IMG/VR virus record: IMGVR_UViG_3300037851_000243
Span: 1 to 40,716 of that record
DNA: 40,716 nt
Reading direction: 5' to 3' (one strand)
Origin: a virus
This document shows positions 26,933-33,240 of the stretch, piece by piece. The stretch's first letter is position 1; the number at the start of each line of letters is the position of its first letter. Below the pieces are notes generated by a model. It was given only the letters and a program-made list of their open reading frames with translations, made no database searches and was not told the DNA's origin. The translations under genes were made by a program, and so were the position numbers.

Positions 26933-27086
26933 GGCCACACTGACCCTTCGCGATGATCGTTGCAACAATCGCTTGAGCCGCGGGCGCGCCCACCTGTCGC
27001 ACCAGAGCCGCGAAACCGATTTCGATGTGTTTCACCAACAGTCCTGTGAAGACAAGGTCAACGGGCTTGTTCGTGGAGTGGGTCAT
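26916..27086 (-). CDS. Small hypothetical ORF (56 aa, below the track cutoff)
   Basis: Translated by hand as MTHSTNKPVDLVFTGLLVKHIEIGFAALVRQVGAPAAQAIVATIIAKGQCGHEQAR*. It has ATGA coupling to the upstream gene stop at 27083-27085 and fills an otherwise empty gap in the operon. Confidence 0.35.
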   Translation of the reverse strand: MTHSTNKPVDLVFTGLLVKHIEIGFAALVRQVGAPAAQAIVATIIAKGQCGHEQAR

Positions 27087-27607
27087 TTGGCCATCTCATG
27101 CTGTTGCAGGAGTTCGTCAGCCGTCAGGTGCAACTCGGCGTTGATCACATCCGCGACCGCTTCGTTCAATGCGCAGAAATCCAGATGCTTCATTTTGTCG
27201 AACTGGATGGAGCGCGGCTTGAACACGACGATCAAGCCGTTGTGCGCGCGGACCGCCGCATGGCTTCCGGCCGCCTTGATCGCAGCCGCGGCCAGGGAGC
27301 GGGCCTTGTCAACATCCATGTCGGCCAACGGGATTCGGGCGACTTCGTCGCGAAAGCCGGCTTTCATTGTCAGCCACGCGCGCAGCTCATGCACGGTTGA
27401 AAATTGCTCATCGTGCGTTTCGGGCCAGTGATGGAACGCTGCGGCGCAAAGCGCGAAAAACCGTCGGTGCTGTTCAATCGACCGTGACTTGCGGGTCTTC
27501 GCAACGTTGAAGCGATGCCGGCACAGCGGACACTCCACATGGAGTGTCGGAGTCTGAGGGCCGACAGAAGGCGGCGCGCGATCTGGTCCGATGGTCGGAC
27601 TGGTCAT
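27083..27607 (-). CDS. NinB/DUF1367-like recombination-associated protein (174 aa)
   Basis: RBS ggaagg precedes ATG 27607. A CPLC motif is followed by KTRKSRSIEQHRRFFALCAAAF, resembling the RS..QN..lwa.l motif of NinB-type proteins. It is encoded next to erf. Confidence 0.5.
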   Translation of the reverse strand: MTSPTIGPDRAPPSVGPQTPTLHVECPLCRHRFNVAKTRKSRSIEQHRRFFALCAAAFHHWPETHDEQFSTVHELRAWLTMKAGFRDEVARIPLADMDVDKARSLAAAAIKAAGSHAAVRAHNGLIVVFKPRSIQFDKMKHLDFCALNEAVADVINAELHLTADELLQQHEMAK

Positions 27608-27882
27608 CGTGACACCTTCCGAAATGGCCAAACCGATGCCGTGCGTGGGGATGGTTGGAGGCCCTTGTCGATCGGACCAAGATCGCCGTCCGGCGTGGGC
27701 GCAAAGCGGCCGGCCATCTCTTTCGGCGTTTCCGAAAACGCACCACGCAACGTCGTTTGCGCCCAATCCTTGACCTCGCCGAATGTCGAGAAGGCCATCA
27801 TGGGTGTAGAGGTTTCTGGATGGAGCACGACGAAGCCACCACCCGCCAGTTCGCCGATCGACAGTGTAATAACTTTTTTCAT
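27604..27882 (-). CDS. Hypothetical protein (92 aa)
   Basis: A separate frame from the 27083-27889 track ORF, with ATGA coupling to the downstream gene. Confidence 0.5.
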   Translation of the reverse strand: MKKVITLSIGELAGGGFVVLHPETSTPMMAFSTFGEVKDWAQTTLRGAFSETPKEMAGRFAPTPDGDLGPIDKGLQPSPRTASVWPFRKVSR

Positions 27883-27885
27883 TGG

Positions 27886-28599
27886 TCACAGGCCGGCATC
27901 AACAAGGGCACTCATACGCGCTGCATATTCTTCTCGCAGCATGTCGCGCCACCGGTCCGGCATGTCGGCTATAGCGTCGCTATATGCGGATCCAAGGTCA
28001 CGCAGAGCATCGCTTGTGGACGCGTCGTCGATGTGTACTTTGATCTCTTTGAAAAGTTTATCAGTTCCATCACGTTTTGCTTCGGCGGAACTCTTTCGCT
28101 TGGGCCGTAGTTCGCTTTCCATGCCACTGGCCGCAGCGCCGTCATCGTCGACTTCTGGAATACCAAGAGCCGATTTGAGCGTATAGCGCCGGCCATACGT
28201 CATGGCCGATCCAATGCCCTGAGCATCATCTTTGGTGAGCGTGATCGGCAGACAGACCTGCATATATTCGCTCGTCTCGGCATGCTCGATACGCGTGTAC
28301 ACGCGTAAGATGGCACGGCCGTCTTTGCCTTCACTTCGCGACAGTTCACCAGCCCATTGCGTAAGCACAAGACCGTTCATCGTCATGGGCGCCGCAACCG
28401 CATCCAAGACGCTTTCGAGCGTCGCGTATGTGTTTTTGGCGAACGGGTTCGTGCGATCACGTTTTGCGCCCTGCATGAATTCGGATTGGGCCTTGAGGCG
28501 GGCAAGCATCAAATTCTTTCGCGACGGAGAAAATTCGATACTCTGGCCGATAATGGCCACGATCGCTGCCGGCGCTGTCGTCTTCGCTGTCTCTGTCAT
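27886..28599 (-). CDS. erf: ERF-family single-strand annealing protein (237 aa)
   Basis: Contains NPFAKNTYATLESVLDAVAAPMTMNGLVLTQ ... GIGSAMTYGRRYTLKSALGIPEVDDDG (ERF signature). I chose ATG 28599, with gggag 8 nt upstream. Confidence 0.85.
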   Translation of the reverse strand: MTETAKTTAPAAIVAIIGQSIEFSPSRKNLMLARLKAQSEFMQGAKRDRTNPFAKNTYATLESVLDAVAAPMTMNGLVLTQWAGELSRSEGKDGRAILRVYTRIEHAETSEYMQVCLPITLTKDDAQGIGSAMTYGRRYTLKSALGIPEVDDDGAAASGMESELRPKRKSSAEAKRDGTDKLFKEIKVHIDDASTSDALRDLGSAYSDAIADMPDRWRDMLREEYAARMSALVDAGL

Positions 28600-28672
28600 C
28601 GAAAAGCTCCCATTTGCATTGGGTGCAACGGTCATCGGCAACTTGAGCGCCGCATTCAGGACATGCAATCAT
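28457..28672 (-). CDS. Small zinc-ribbon protein (CPECG-x9-CTQC); true 3' end uncertain
   Basis: MIACPECGAQVADDRCTQCKWELF... has ATGA coupling to the upstream gene. The frame then runs about 140 nt into erf. Confidence 0.4.
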   Translation of the reverse strand: MIACPECGAQVADDRCTQCKWELFDDRDSEDDSAGSDRGHYRPEYRIFSVAKEFDACPPQGPIRIHAGRKT

Positions 28673-28857
28673 GTCCTTATCCTCTGAACTGCCTTGATAG
28701 CCGTGCGCAGCGCGGCGGCGGCCGATGCAAACTGCATCAATGTCGAGAGATGTTGGCTGACGCTGATTGTATCGATCACGCTCGATATCTCCTCAAGATC
28801 GGCCATGAGGGCGCCGATACTCCGGCGCAAATCGGACTGTTCTGTCTTGGTGGTCAT
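28669..28857 (-). CDS. Hypothetical small protein (62 aa)
   Basis: RBS aggag precedes ATG 28857. Confidence 0.55.
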   Translation of the reverse strand: MTTKTEQSDLRRSIGALMADLEEISSVIDTISVSQHLSTLMQFASAAAALRTAIKAVQRIRT

Positions 28858-28876
28858 AGGTGCTCCTGAAACCCGC

Positions 28877-28959
28877 GAGACGGGTGGACGGCCATACCCA
28901 CGCTGTCCACCCGTCTCTCCCTCAACCCATCGGCCATGATGCTGGCCTCAGCCGATGGG
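28877..28959 (-). other. Two adjacent strong stem-loops in an intergenic gap of the leftward operon
   Basis: The first pairs 28877-28889 (gagacgggtggac) with 28905-28917 (gtccacccgtctc), a 13-bp stem. The second pairs 28926-28934 (cccatcggc) with 28951-28959 (gccgatggg), with an inner ggcca/tggcc stem. Confidence 0.5.
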
Positions 28960-28964
28960 GTGCT

Positions 28965-29180
28965 CTAACCGCTGTGAGACTGGTTCATTGAGGCGATCGC
29001 CAGAGCGATGGCGGTCGCCCGTCGTTGCGCGTGCGACGCCGCGAGCGAGTCGCGGATTTGATGAATGATCTCGCAGCACTCATGCAGGCGCGGGCGTATC
29101 GTCCCATCAACCTCAGAAACCATGTCCATCAGCGTTGCTGATGCGACTGCCAAACGGTCATCGATATTGATATCCATCAC
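28965..29180 (-). CDS. Hypothetical small protein (about 70 aa)
   Basis: The start is GTG 29180 or ATG 29177, overlapping the upstream stop. Confidence 0.5.
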   Translation of the reverse strand: MMDINIDDRLAVASATLMDMVSEVDGTIRPRLHECCEIIHQIRDSLAASHAQRRATAIALAIASMNQSHSG

Positions 29181-29512
29181 ACCACCACACCATTGAGGTT
29201 GCCGATGTAGATCGGCGGCGTGTCGGGAGCGACCTGGGGACGCGACTCCCGGACATGATCGGCGATGGCGCGCGCGTGGCGCTTTTCCAATGGCTTGGCC
29301 AACATGTCGAACAGAACGGACGAAGGTCCACTTCCAGGATTGAGCTTCAGAACCTTGCCGCGCTTGATCAGACGATATTGGACGATAATTTCATAGAGCC
29401 GGATTTCGAGGATGTCTCCGGTGTCGGAGACATCGAATTCACACTCGCTGGTGAGGTCGATCGCAACGCCGTTGCATTCGAAAATTGGCTCTTCATCCGT
29501 GATGGTCATCAT
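29177..29512 (-). CDS. Hypothetical protein, first gene of the leftward early operon (111 aa)
   Basis: agga lies 10 nt upstream of ATG 29512. The protein is acidic. Confidence 0.55.
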   Translation of the reverse strand: MMTITDEEPIFECNGVAIDLTSECEFDVSDTGDILEIRLYEIIVQYRLIKRGKVLKLNPGSGPSSVLFDMLAKPLEKRHARAIADHVRESRPQVAPDTPPIYIGNLNGVVV

Positions 29513-29666
29513 GGGATCGCATCCTAGCTGGAACCCGTTTTTGCTGGCGCGAAGCGCTCAACATCACCAACCAGACGCCAAGTACCGTCTCCAAAGTGGC
29601 GAACCCACACCGCTCGGGTCTTTGTGTGCGCTCGCCCAGGACATGACGTCCGGCTGGTGATGATTG

Positions 29667-29695
29667 ACAATAGTGAGACAAATCTCACTCGTCAA
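29667..29695 (-). promoter_or_regulatory. PL-like leftward early promoter
   Basis: The minus strand reads TTGACG (29695-29690), a 17-nt spacer that is exactly the operator, then TATTGT (29672-29667). Confidence 0.6.
29673..29688. promoter_or_regulatory. Operator OL1 (GTGAGACAAATCTCAC)
   Basis: A perfect inverted repeat GTGAGA-N4-TCTCAC fills the promoter spacer. Confidence 0.65.
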
Positions 29696-29702
29696 TCAAA
29701 AA

Positions 29703-29718
29703 ATGAGACAAATCTCAC
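29703..29718. promoter_or_regulatory. Operator OL2 (ATGAGACAAATCTCAC)
   Basis: A second copy of the same 16-mer with one mismatch, 30 bp from OL1. Confidence 0.55.
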
Positions 29719-29889
29719 TCAATAAAAATAGCGCCACGAACTCAAGATGTTGCTTGAATTGCGTCTGTGGAGAACAGGTGATGGAAGCGGTGTCGCTCTG
29801 GCCTTGGGCCGTCGTTCTGATGTTGCTTGGCGCCAATGTCAGTCGCGCGTTGCGACTCTATGCAAAAATGGAGTGGGCCGTGGCTGAGT

Positions 29890-30158
29890 TCACCGGCCAC
29901 CGCGCTTGATAAACATAACCGGCGCGACCCAAGCAATGCGGACGTCTTCGATATCGCGATTGGCCGGATTGTAGCTTCGGAGGTTGAATCGACCTTTTTG
30001 CGTGCTTTTCGAAAGAAATTTGACGTATCGTTCGCCGGTGTCGGTCTCGACGATGCAATCCAGACCGATCAGATTGTGCGCCGTGCGCCCCGCGTGCTTA
30101 ACGCCCACAAGGATATCCCCGCTCCGATACACGGGGACCATGCTGTCACCGCGAACTT
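29890..30158 (-). pseudogene. cI-like repressor, C-terminal fragment (S24 peptidase domain from GDSM onward)
   Basis: The minus frame reads QVR-GDSMVPVYRSGDILVGVKHAGR...GERYVKFLSK...VAPVMFIKRGGR*. It contains the Ser (GDSM) and Lys (VKFL) of LexA/cI-type S24 peptidases. There is no own start, and it abuts IRL of the IS. Confidence 0.85.
30151..30158. repeat. Target-site duplication, left copy (GCGAACTT)
   Basis: The identical 8-mer directly flanks the other IS end at 32822-32829. Confidence 0.85.
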
Positions 30159-30181
30159 GGCGATTATCCGGTTGACAAACC
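30159..30181 (+). repeat. IRL (ggcgattatccggttgacaaacc)
   Basis: It is the reverse complement of 32799-32821 except for one base. Confidence 0.85.
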
Positions 30182-30229
30182 CAACATGATTGGGTAGTTT
30201 CTCTCTCAACACTGAGAGGGAATTGTGTC

Positions 30230-31189
30230 GTGTCCGTCCTGAATGCTCCCCACTTCCACGATGAAGCCGCCGCCTTCGCGAAGCTCGAAGCCGTGCTTTG
30301 GCAGAACGGCCCCGTGTGCCCGAAGTGCGGAAACAAGGAACGCATCTACGTTCTCGACGGCGTGCGCTCCAAGCCAAGCAGGAAGAACCCGGAAGGTGTG
30401 GTCCGCCACGGCTTGAAGAAGTGCGGCAAGTGCCGCCAGCAATTCACCGCGCGCGTCGGTACGGTATTCGAGTCCAGCCATATCCCGCTGCAAAAGTGGT
30501 TCCAGGCCGTGCACCTGCTCTGCTGTTCCAAAAAGGGTATCAGCAGCCACCAGCTTCATCGCGTTCTTGAGATCACCTACGAGGCGGCGTGGTTCATGAG
30601 CCACCGCATTCGTGAGGCCATGCGTTCCGGTTCTCTGGCGCCGATCGGCGGCGCTGGTAGCAGCGGCGTTGTCGAGGCTGACGAGACTTTCATCGGCCGC
30701 AAGAAGGGCGTGCCGATACGTCGCGGCGGCGCGCACAAGAACGTCGTTCTCGGCCTTGTGGAGCGCGGCGGCGAGGTTCGCACGGCCCACATCGACAACA
30801 CCAAGGCCGAGACGATCCTGCCGATCGTCAACGAGAACATTGCCAAAGAAGCGCACGTCATGACCGACGACGGCGCGACCTACTACAAGAAGCTCGGCGA
30901 CTTCGCCGGCCACGACGCTGTGAACCATTCTGCCGAAGAGTATGTGCGTCACGAGGACGGCAAGCCCGTCATCAGCACGAACACGATCGAGGGCTACTTC
31001 AGCATCTTCAAGCGCGGCATGAAGGGCGTCTACCAGCACTGTTCCGAGAAGCATCTGCACCGCTACTTGGCGGAGTTCGATTTCCGCTACAACAACCGAT
31101 CCGCCCTTGGCGTCGAAGACTGTGAAAGAACCGTAAACGCGATCAAGGGCGTCGCCGGAAAGCGGCTCACGTATCGGTCGCCTGATTGA
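30230..31189 (+). CDS. IS1595-family (ISXO2-like) DDE transposase (319 aa)
   Basis: An N-terminal zinc ribbon (CPKCG...CGKCRQQFTARVGTVFE), then ADETFIG, MTDDGATYY and NTIEGYFSIFKRGMKGVYQH. The start is GTG, with gagaggg about 10 nt upstream. Confidence 0.9.
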   Translation: MSVLNAPHFHDEAAAFAKLEAVLWQNGPVCPKCGNKERIYVLDGVRSKPSRKNPEGVVRHGLKKCGKCRQQFTARVGTVFESSHIPLQKWFQAVHLLCCSKKGISSHQLHRVLEITYEAAWFMSHRIREAMRSGSLAPIGGAGSSGVVEADETFIGRKKGVPIRRGGAHKNVVLGLVERGGEVRTAHIDNTKAETILPIVNENIAKEAHVMTDDGATYYKKLGDFAGHDAVNHSAEEYVRHEDGKPVISTNTIEGYFSIFKRGMKGVYQHCSEKHLHRYLAEFDFRYNNRSALGVEDCERTVNAIKGVAGKRLTYRSPD

Positions 31190-31255
31190 CGCGCCCGCGC
31201 AGAAAAAGCGCCCTTGACTCTTGCTTATTTTGATGAATTCGCTCATGATTCGCGG

Positions 31256-32116
31256 ATGAGCAAGAGAGTAAAGATCAGGATCAGAGGCAGTGGGCACGAC
31301 ACCGACGCGCCCACTGTCTACGACATGTCTGATCAGTTGAAGGACTACTTCGATCTGCTTGAATCCGTGGAGCAGACGTTGGCCGATGACGGTCAGAGCG
31401 CCATCGAATGGCGCGTTGTGCATGCCGTTACTGCAAGCCCGATCACTTTCACCGTGCAGGCGTTTCCAAAGATATTTGCAGTGAACGTAGACGCGCGGGC
31501 CGACCATGTTATTACGAGTGCACTTCGTGGCGTCAGAGAGCTTATTCAAAATCCGTCCCGGCCGAGCAATTTTACCGACCAAACGCTTGGCCTAGCGCAG
31601 CGGCTGTATGATCGCGTCACCAACGGACTGGATCGCACAGAGATCGAAGTTGAGGGCCAAGAGGCAGAGCAAATTGCCATAACGCCGACTATCGCTCGTG
31701 TAGCAGCGCAGAACATCCGGACTGTGCTTCAGCCTGTCGTGAAACCCTACAAGGAAATCGGCGGAGTTGAGGGGCACATCCAAAATGTTGGGCAGGACGG
31801 GTATCGCCGCCGCTTCTTGCTGATTCGTAGCAGGATGACAGGTGATGAAATCAAGTGCTTCGTGAGCGGAGACGCCGAAAAGCAGTTAGCCAAATGCGAA
31901 ATTGCGGACGTGTGGCGACGTGCGCGGGTTGAAGTTTTCGGATTGATCCACTTCAAAGGACCACAGCGCATTACCCAAGTCGATGCGCAGCGCCTTCGGT
32001 TCTTCTACGCTGAGAGCGAATTGCCAGCCGTTGACGACATATTGGACCCCGACTTCACTGGCGGTCTGCGCACTGAAGACTATCTAGATTGGCTCCGCAA
32101 TGGCCGCCTCTCCTAA
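31256..32116 (+). CDS. IS passenger gene A: protein of unknown function (286 aa)
   Basis: I chose ATG 31256 (MSKRVKIRIRGSG...); the track start at 31214 is a TTG. I recognise no motif. The stop lies 17 nt inside the PIN gene. Confidence 0.7.
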   Translation: MSKRVKIRIRGSGHDTDAPTVYDMSDQLKDYFDLLESVEQTLADDGQSAIEWRVVHAVTASPITFTVQAFPKIFAVNVDARADHVITSALRGVRELIQNPSRPSNFTDQTLGLAQRLYDRVTNGLDRTEIEVEGQEAEQIAITPTIARVAAQNIRTVLQPVVKPYKEIGGVEGHIQNVGQDGYRRRFLLIRSRMTGDEIKCFVSGDAEKQLAKCEIADVWRRARVEVFGLIHFKGPQRITQVDAQRLRFFYAESELPAVDDILDPDFTGGLRTEDYLDWLRNGRLS

Positions 32117-32603
32117 GCGTGTACTGTGGGACGCGTGCACGTGGATCGCGCTGATTCAGCAGGAAAAGAACATCATAGCGGACGGCATTGATCGCTATAC
32201 ACGGTGTCGAACCGTCATAGACTTGGCCGCAAAAGGCAAGATAGAGATTGTATGCTCGGCGCTCTGCCTCGCTGAGGTGTGCAAGAATAAGGACCTTCGC
32301 GACCAAGATCCTTCACACATTGCTCGTTTCTTCGAGCACGAATACTTGCTGGCCATCGCTCTAGGAAGGGAGATAGCAGAAACCGCGCGTGGCCTGATGA
32401 TGGCAGGGATACCCAAACTGAAGCCCGCCGACGCTTGTCATGTTGCGTCGGCACTTGAGGTTCCAGGCGTAACCGAGATGCACACCTTCGACGATGATCT
32501 CATCGCCCAAAGTGGAAAACTTCAGAAGCGTGACGGTGCATCTCTGAAGATTTGTTACCCTGACGCCGGCGGTCCTGTGCCGCCGCTGCTGAAGGGGGCA
32601 TGA
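32100..32603 (+). CDS. IS passenger gene B: PIN-domain (VapC-like) nuclease (167 aa)
   Basis: The acidic quartet appears in typical contexts: VLWDAC, CLAEV, KPADACHVASA and HTFDDDL. Size and spacing fit a PIN fold. Confidence 0.8.
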   Translation: MAASPKRVLWDACTWIALIQQEKNIIADGIDRYTRCRTVIDLAAKGKIEIVCSALCLAEVCKNKDLRDQDPSHIARFFEHEYLLAIALGREIAETARGLMMAGIPKLKPADACHVASALEVPGVTEMHTFDDDLIAQSGKLQKRDGASLKICYPDAGGPVPPLLKGA

Positions 32604-32604
32604 A

Positions 32605-32775
32605 ATGGTAAAACTCAAGACGCAGTGCCAGAAATTTGTTGAGGCAGCCAAGTCATCAGGTGCGAGCGAGAACGCCGCTGATTTCGATAGGCTGTTGGGT
32701 GGGATCGCAAAGGCTCCGCCACCCGAGACGGTTCAAGAGCGCAAGGCCCCGAAAGCAAAAAAGCCCGCCAAGTAG
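32605..32775 (+). CDS. IS passenger ORF C: small Lys/Ala/Pro-rich protein (56 aa, below the track cutoff)
   Basis: Translated by hand as MVKLKTQCQKFVEAAKSSGASENAADFDRLLGGIAKAPPPETVQERKAPKAKKPAK*. It starts 1 nt after the PIN stop, and its stop lies in the terminator loop. Confidence 0.4.
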   Translation: MVKLKTQCQKFVEAAKSSGASENAADFDRLLGGIAKAPPPETVQERKAPKAKKPAK

Positions 32776-32787
32776 CGGGCTTTTTCT
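32757..32787 (+). terminator. Rho-independent terminator at the end of the passenger operon
   Basis: The sequence is aaaaaagcccgc-caagta-gcgggcttttt. A 7-bp GC stem is followed by a T-run and preceded by an A-run, so it may act in both directions. Confidence 0.75.
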
Positions 32788-32798
32788 TGGCGGGGCGT

Positions 32799-32821
32799 GG
32801 TTTGTCAACCGTATAATCGCC
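32799..32821 (-). repeat. IRR (reverse complement ggcgattatacggttgacaaacc)
   Basis: It pairs with IRL at 30159-30181. Confidence 0.85.
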
Positions 32822-32829
32822 GCGAACTT
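32822..32829. repeat. Target-site duplication, right copy (GCGAACTT)
   Basis: Identical to 30151-30158. Confidence 0.85.
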
Positions 32830-33189
32830 CGAGCGCGATGGCCTCACCGGGAGAAAGCAGAAGTTCAAGCTCACCAAGCCCGTCGTCGATGGGCGTCCAG
32901 CCTTCACCGGCAGCAACGGCCCCTGAGATCGGAATCCGCACGATCCCATCGGCCGTGCCGTCCCGGAGTTCGCGCAGCGTCATCCCAAGTGCCGTTGCAA
33001 CAGCCGCCAATGTCGCATTCCTTGGATCTGATGTTTTCTCAAGGAGATCATAGATCAAGCGTTCATTTTTTCCAACCGCACGCGCCAGAGCCTTGGGGTT
33101 CAACCCCCTCAGCTCCATGGCCGCTTTCAAGCGCTGTTTCCAACCTGGCTCCATGGAGACTGCATAACGAAATGTGGAAAACCAGTCTC

Positions 33190-33205
33190 GTGAGTTTGAT
33201 CTCAT
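33190..33205. promoter_or_regulatory. Operator OR2 (GTGAGTTTGATCTCAT, imperfect)
   Basis: The half-sites GTGAG and CTCAT are spaced as in the other operators. It lies 22 bp from OR1 and overlaps the ATG at 33205. Confidence 0.45.
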
Positions 33206-33233
33206 TGACGGGTGAGACGTATCTCACTATAGT
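33205..33233 (+). promoter_or_regulatory. PR-like rightward early promoter
   Basis: TTGACG (33205-33210), a 17-nt spacer, then TATAGT (33228-33233). The ATG of the cro-like gene lies 8 nt after the -10 box. Confidence 0.6.
33212..33227. promoter_or_regulatory. Operator OR1 (GTGAGACGTATCTCAC)
   Basis: The same palindrome as OL1 with a different 4-nt centre. It fills the PR-like promoter spacer. Confidence 0.65.
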
Positions 33234-33240
33234 GGACCAC

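Larger units (their letters stand above)
30159..32821 (+). mobile_element. IS1595-family insertion sequence carrying passenger genes (2663 bp)
   Basis: The terminal inverted repeats are 23 bp and match at 22 of 23 positions. They are flanked by an 8-bp direct duplication. The element contains an ISXO2/IS1595-type transposase. Removing it, plus one duplication copy, restores the cI-like reading frame. Confidence 0.88.
32822..33205 (-). pseudogene. cI-like repressor, N-terminal fragment (XRE-type HTH, linker and start of S24 domain)
   Basis: Contains LKAAMELRGLNPKALARAVGKNERLIYDLLEKTSDPRNATLAAVATALGMTLRELR, then VRIPISGAVAAGEGW...GEAIALEVR. After that the frame reads into the IS end (GDYTVDKPRP... 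to 32615). The start is ATG 33205 or ATG 33154. Confidence 0.85.

Noticed and set aside
27083-27889. 268-aa track ORF taken as a single gene
   Set aside because: The first 94 codons (…GGWWLRRAPSRNLY…) look non-coding and overlap a better ORF (27604-27882) in another frame. The internal ATG 27607 has an RBS and ATGA coupling. I therefore split it into two genes.
29664-29909. 81-aa plus-strand ORF across the OL/PL region (or its 42-aa core from ATG 29781 with a ggagaa RBS)
   Set aside because: The first half reads straight through the two operators and the promoter. The 42-aa hydrophobic remainder is too short to support and converges on the repressor 3' end. I note it only as a possible micro-ORF.
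30206-31582. 458-aa ORF on the minus strand
   Set aside because: It is antisense to the IS1595 transposase, which carries clear zinc-ribbon and DDE-type motifs. This is a shadow ORF.
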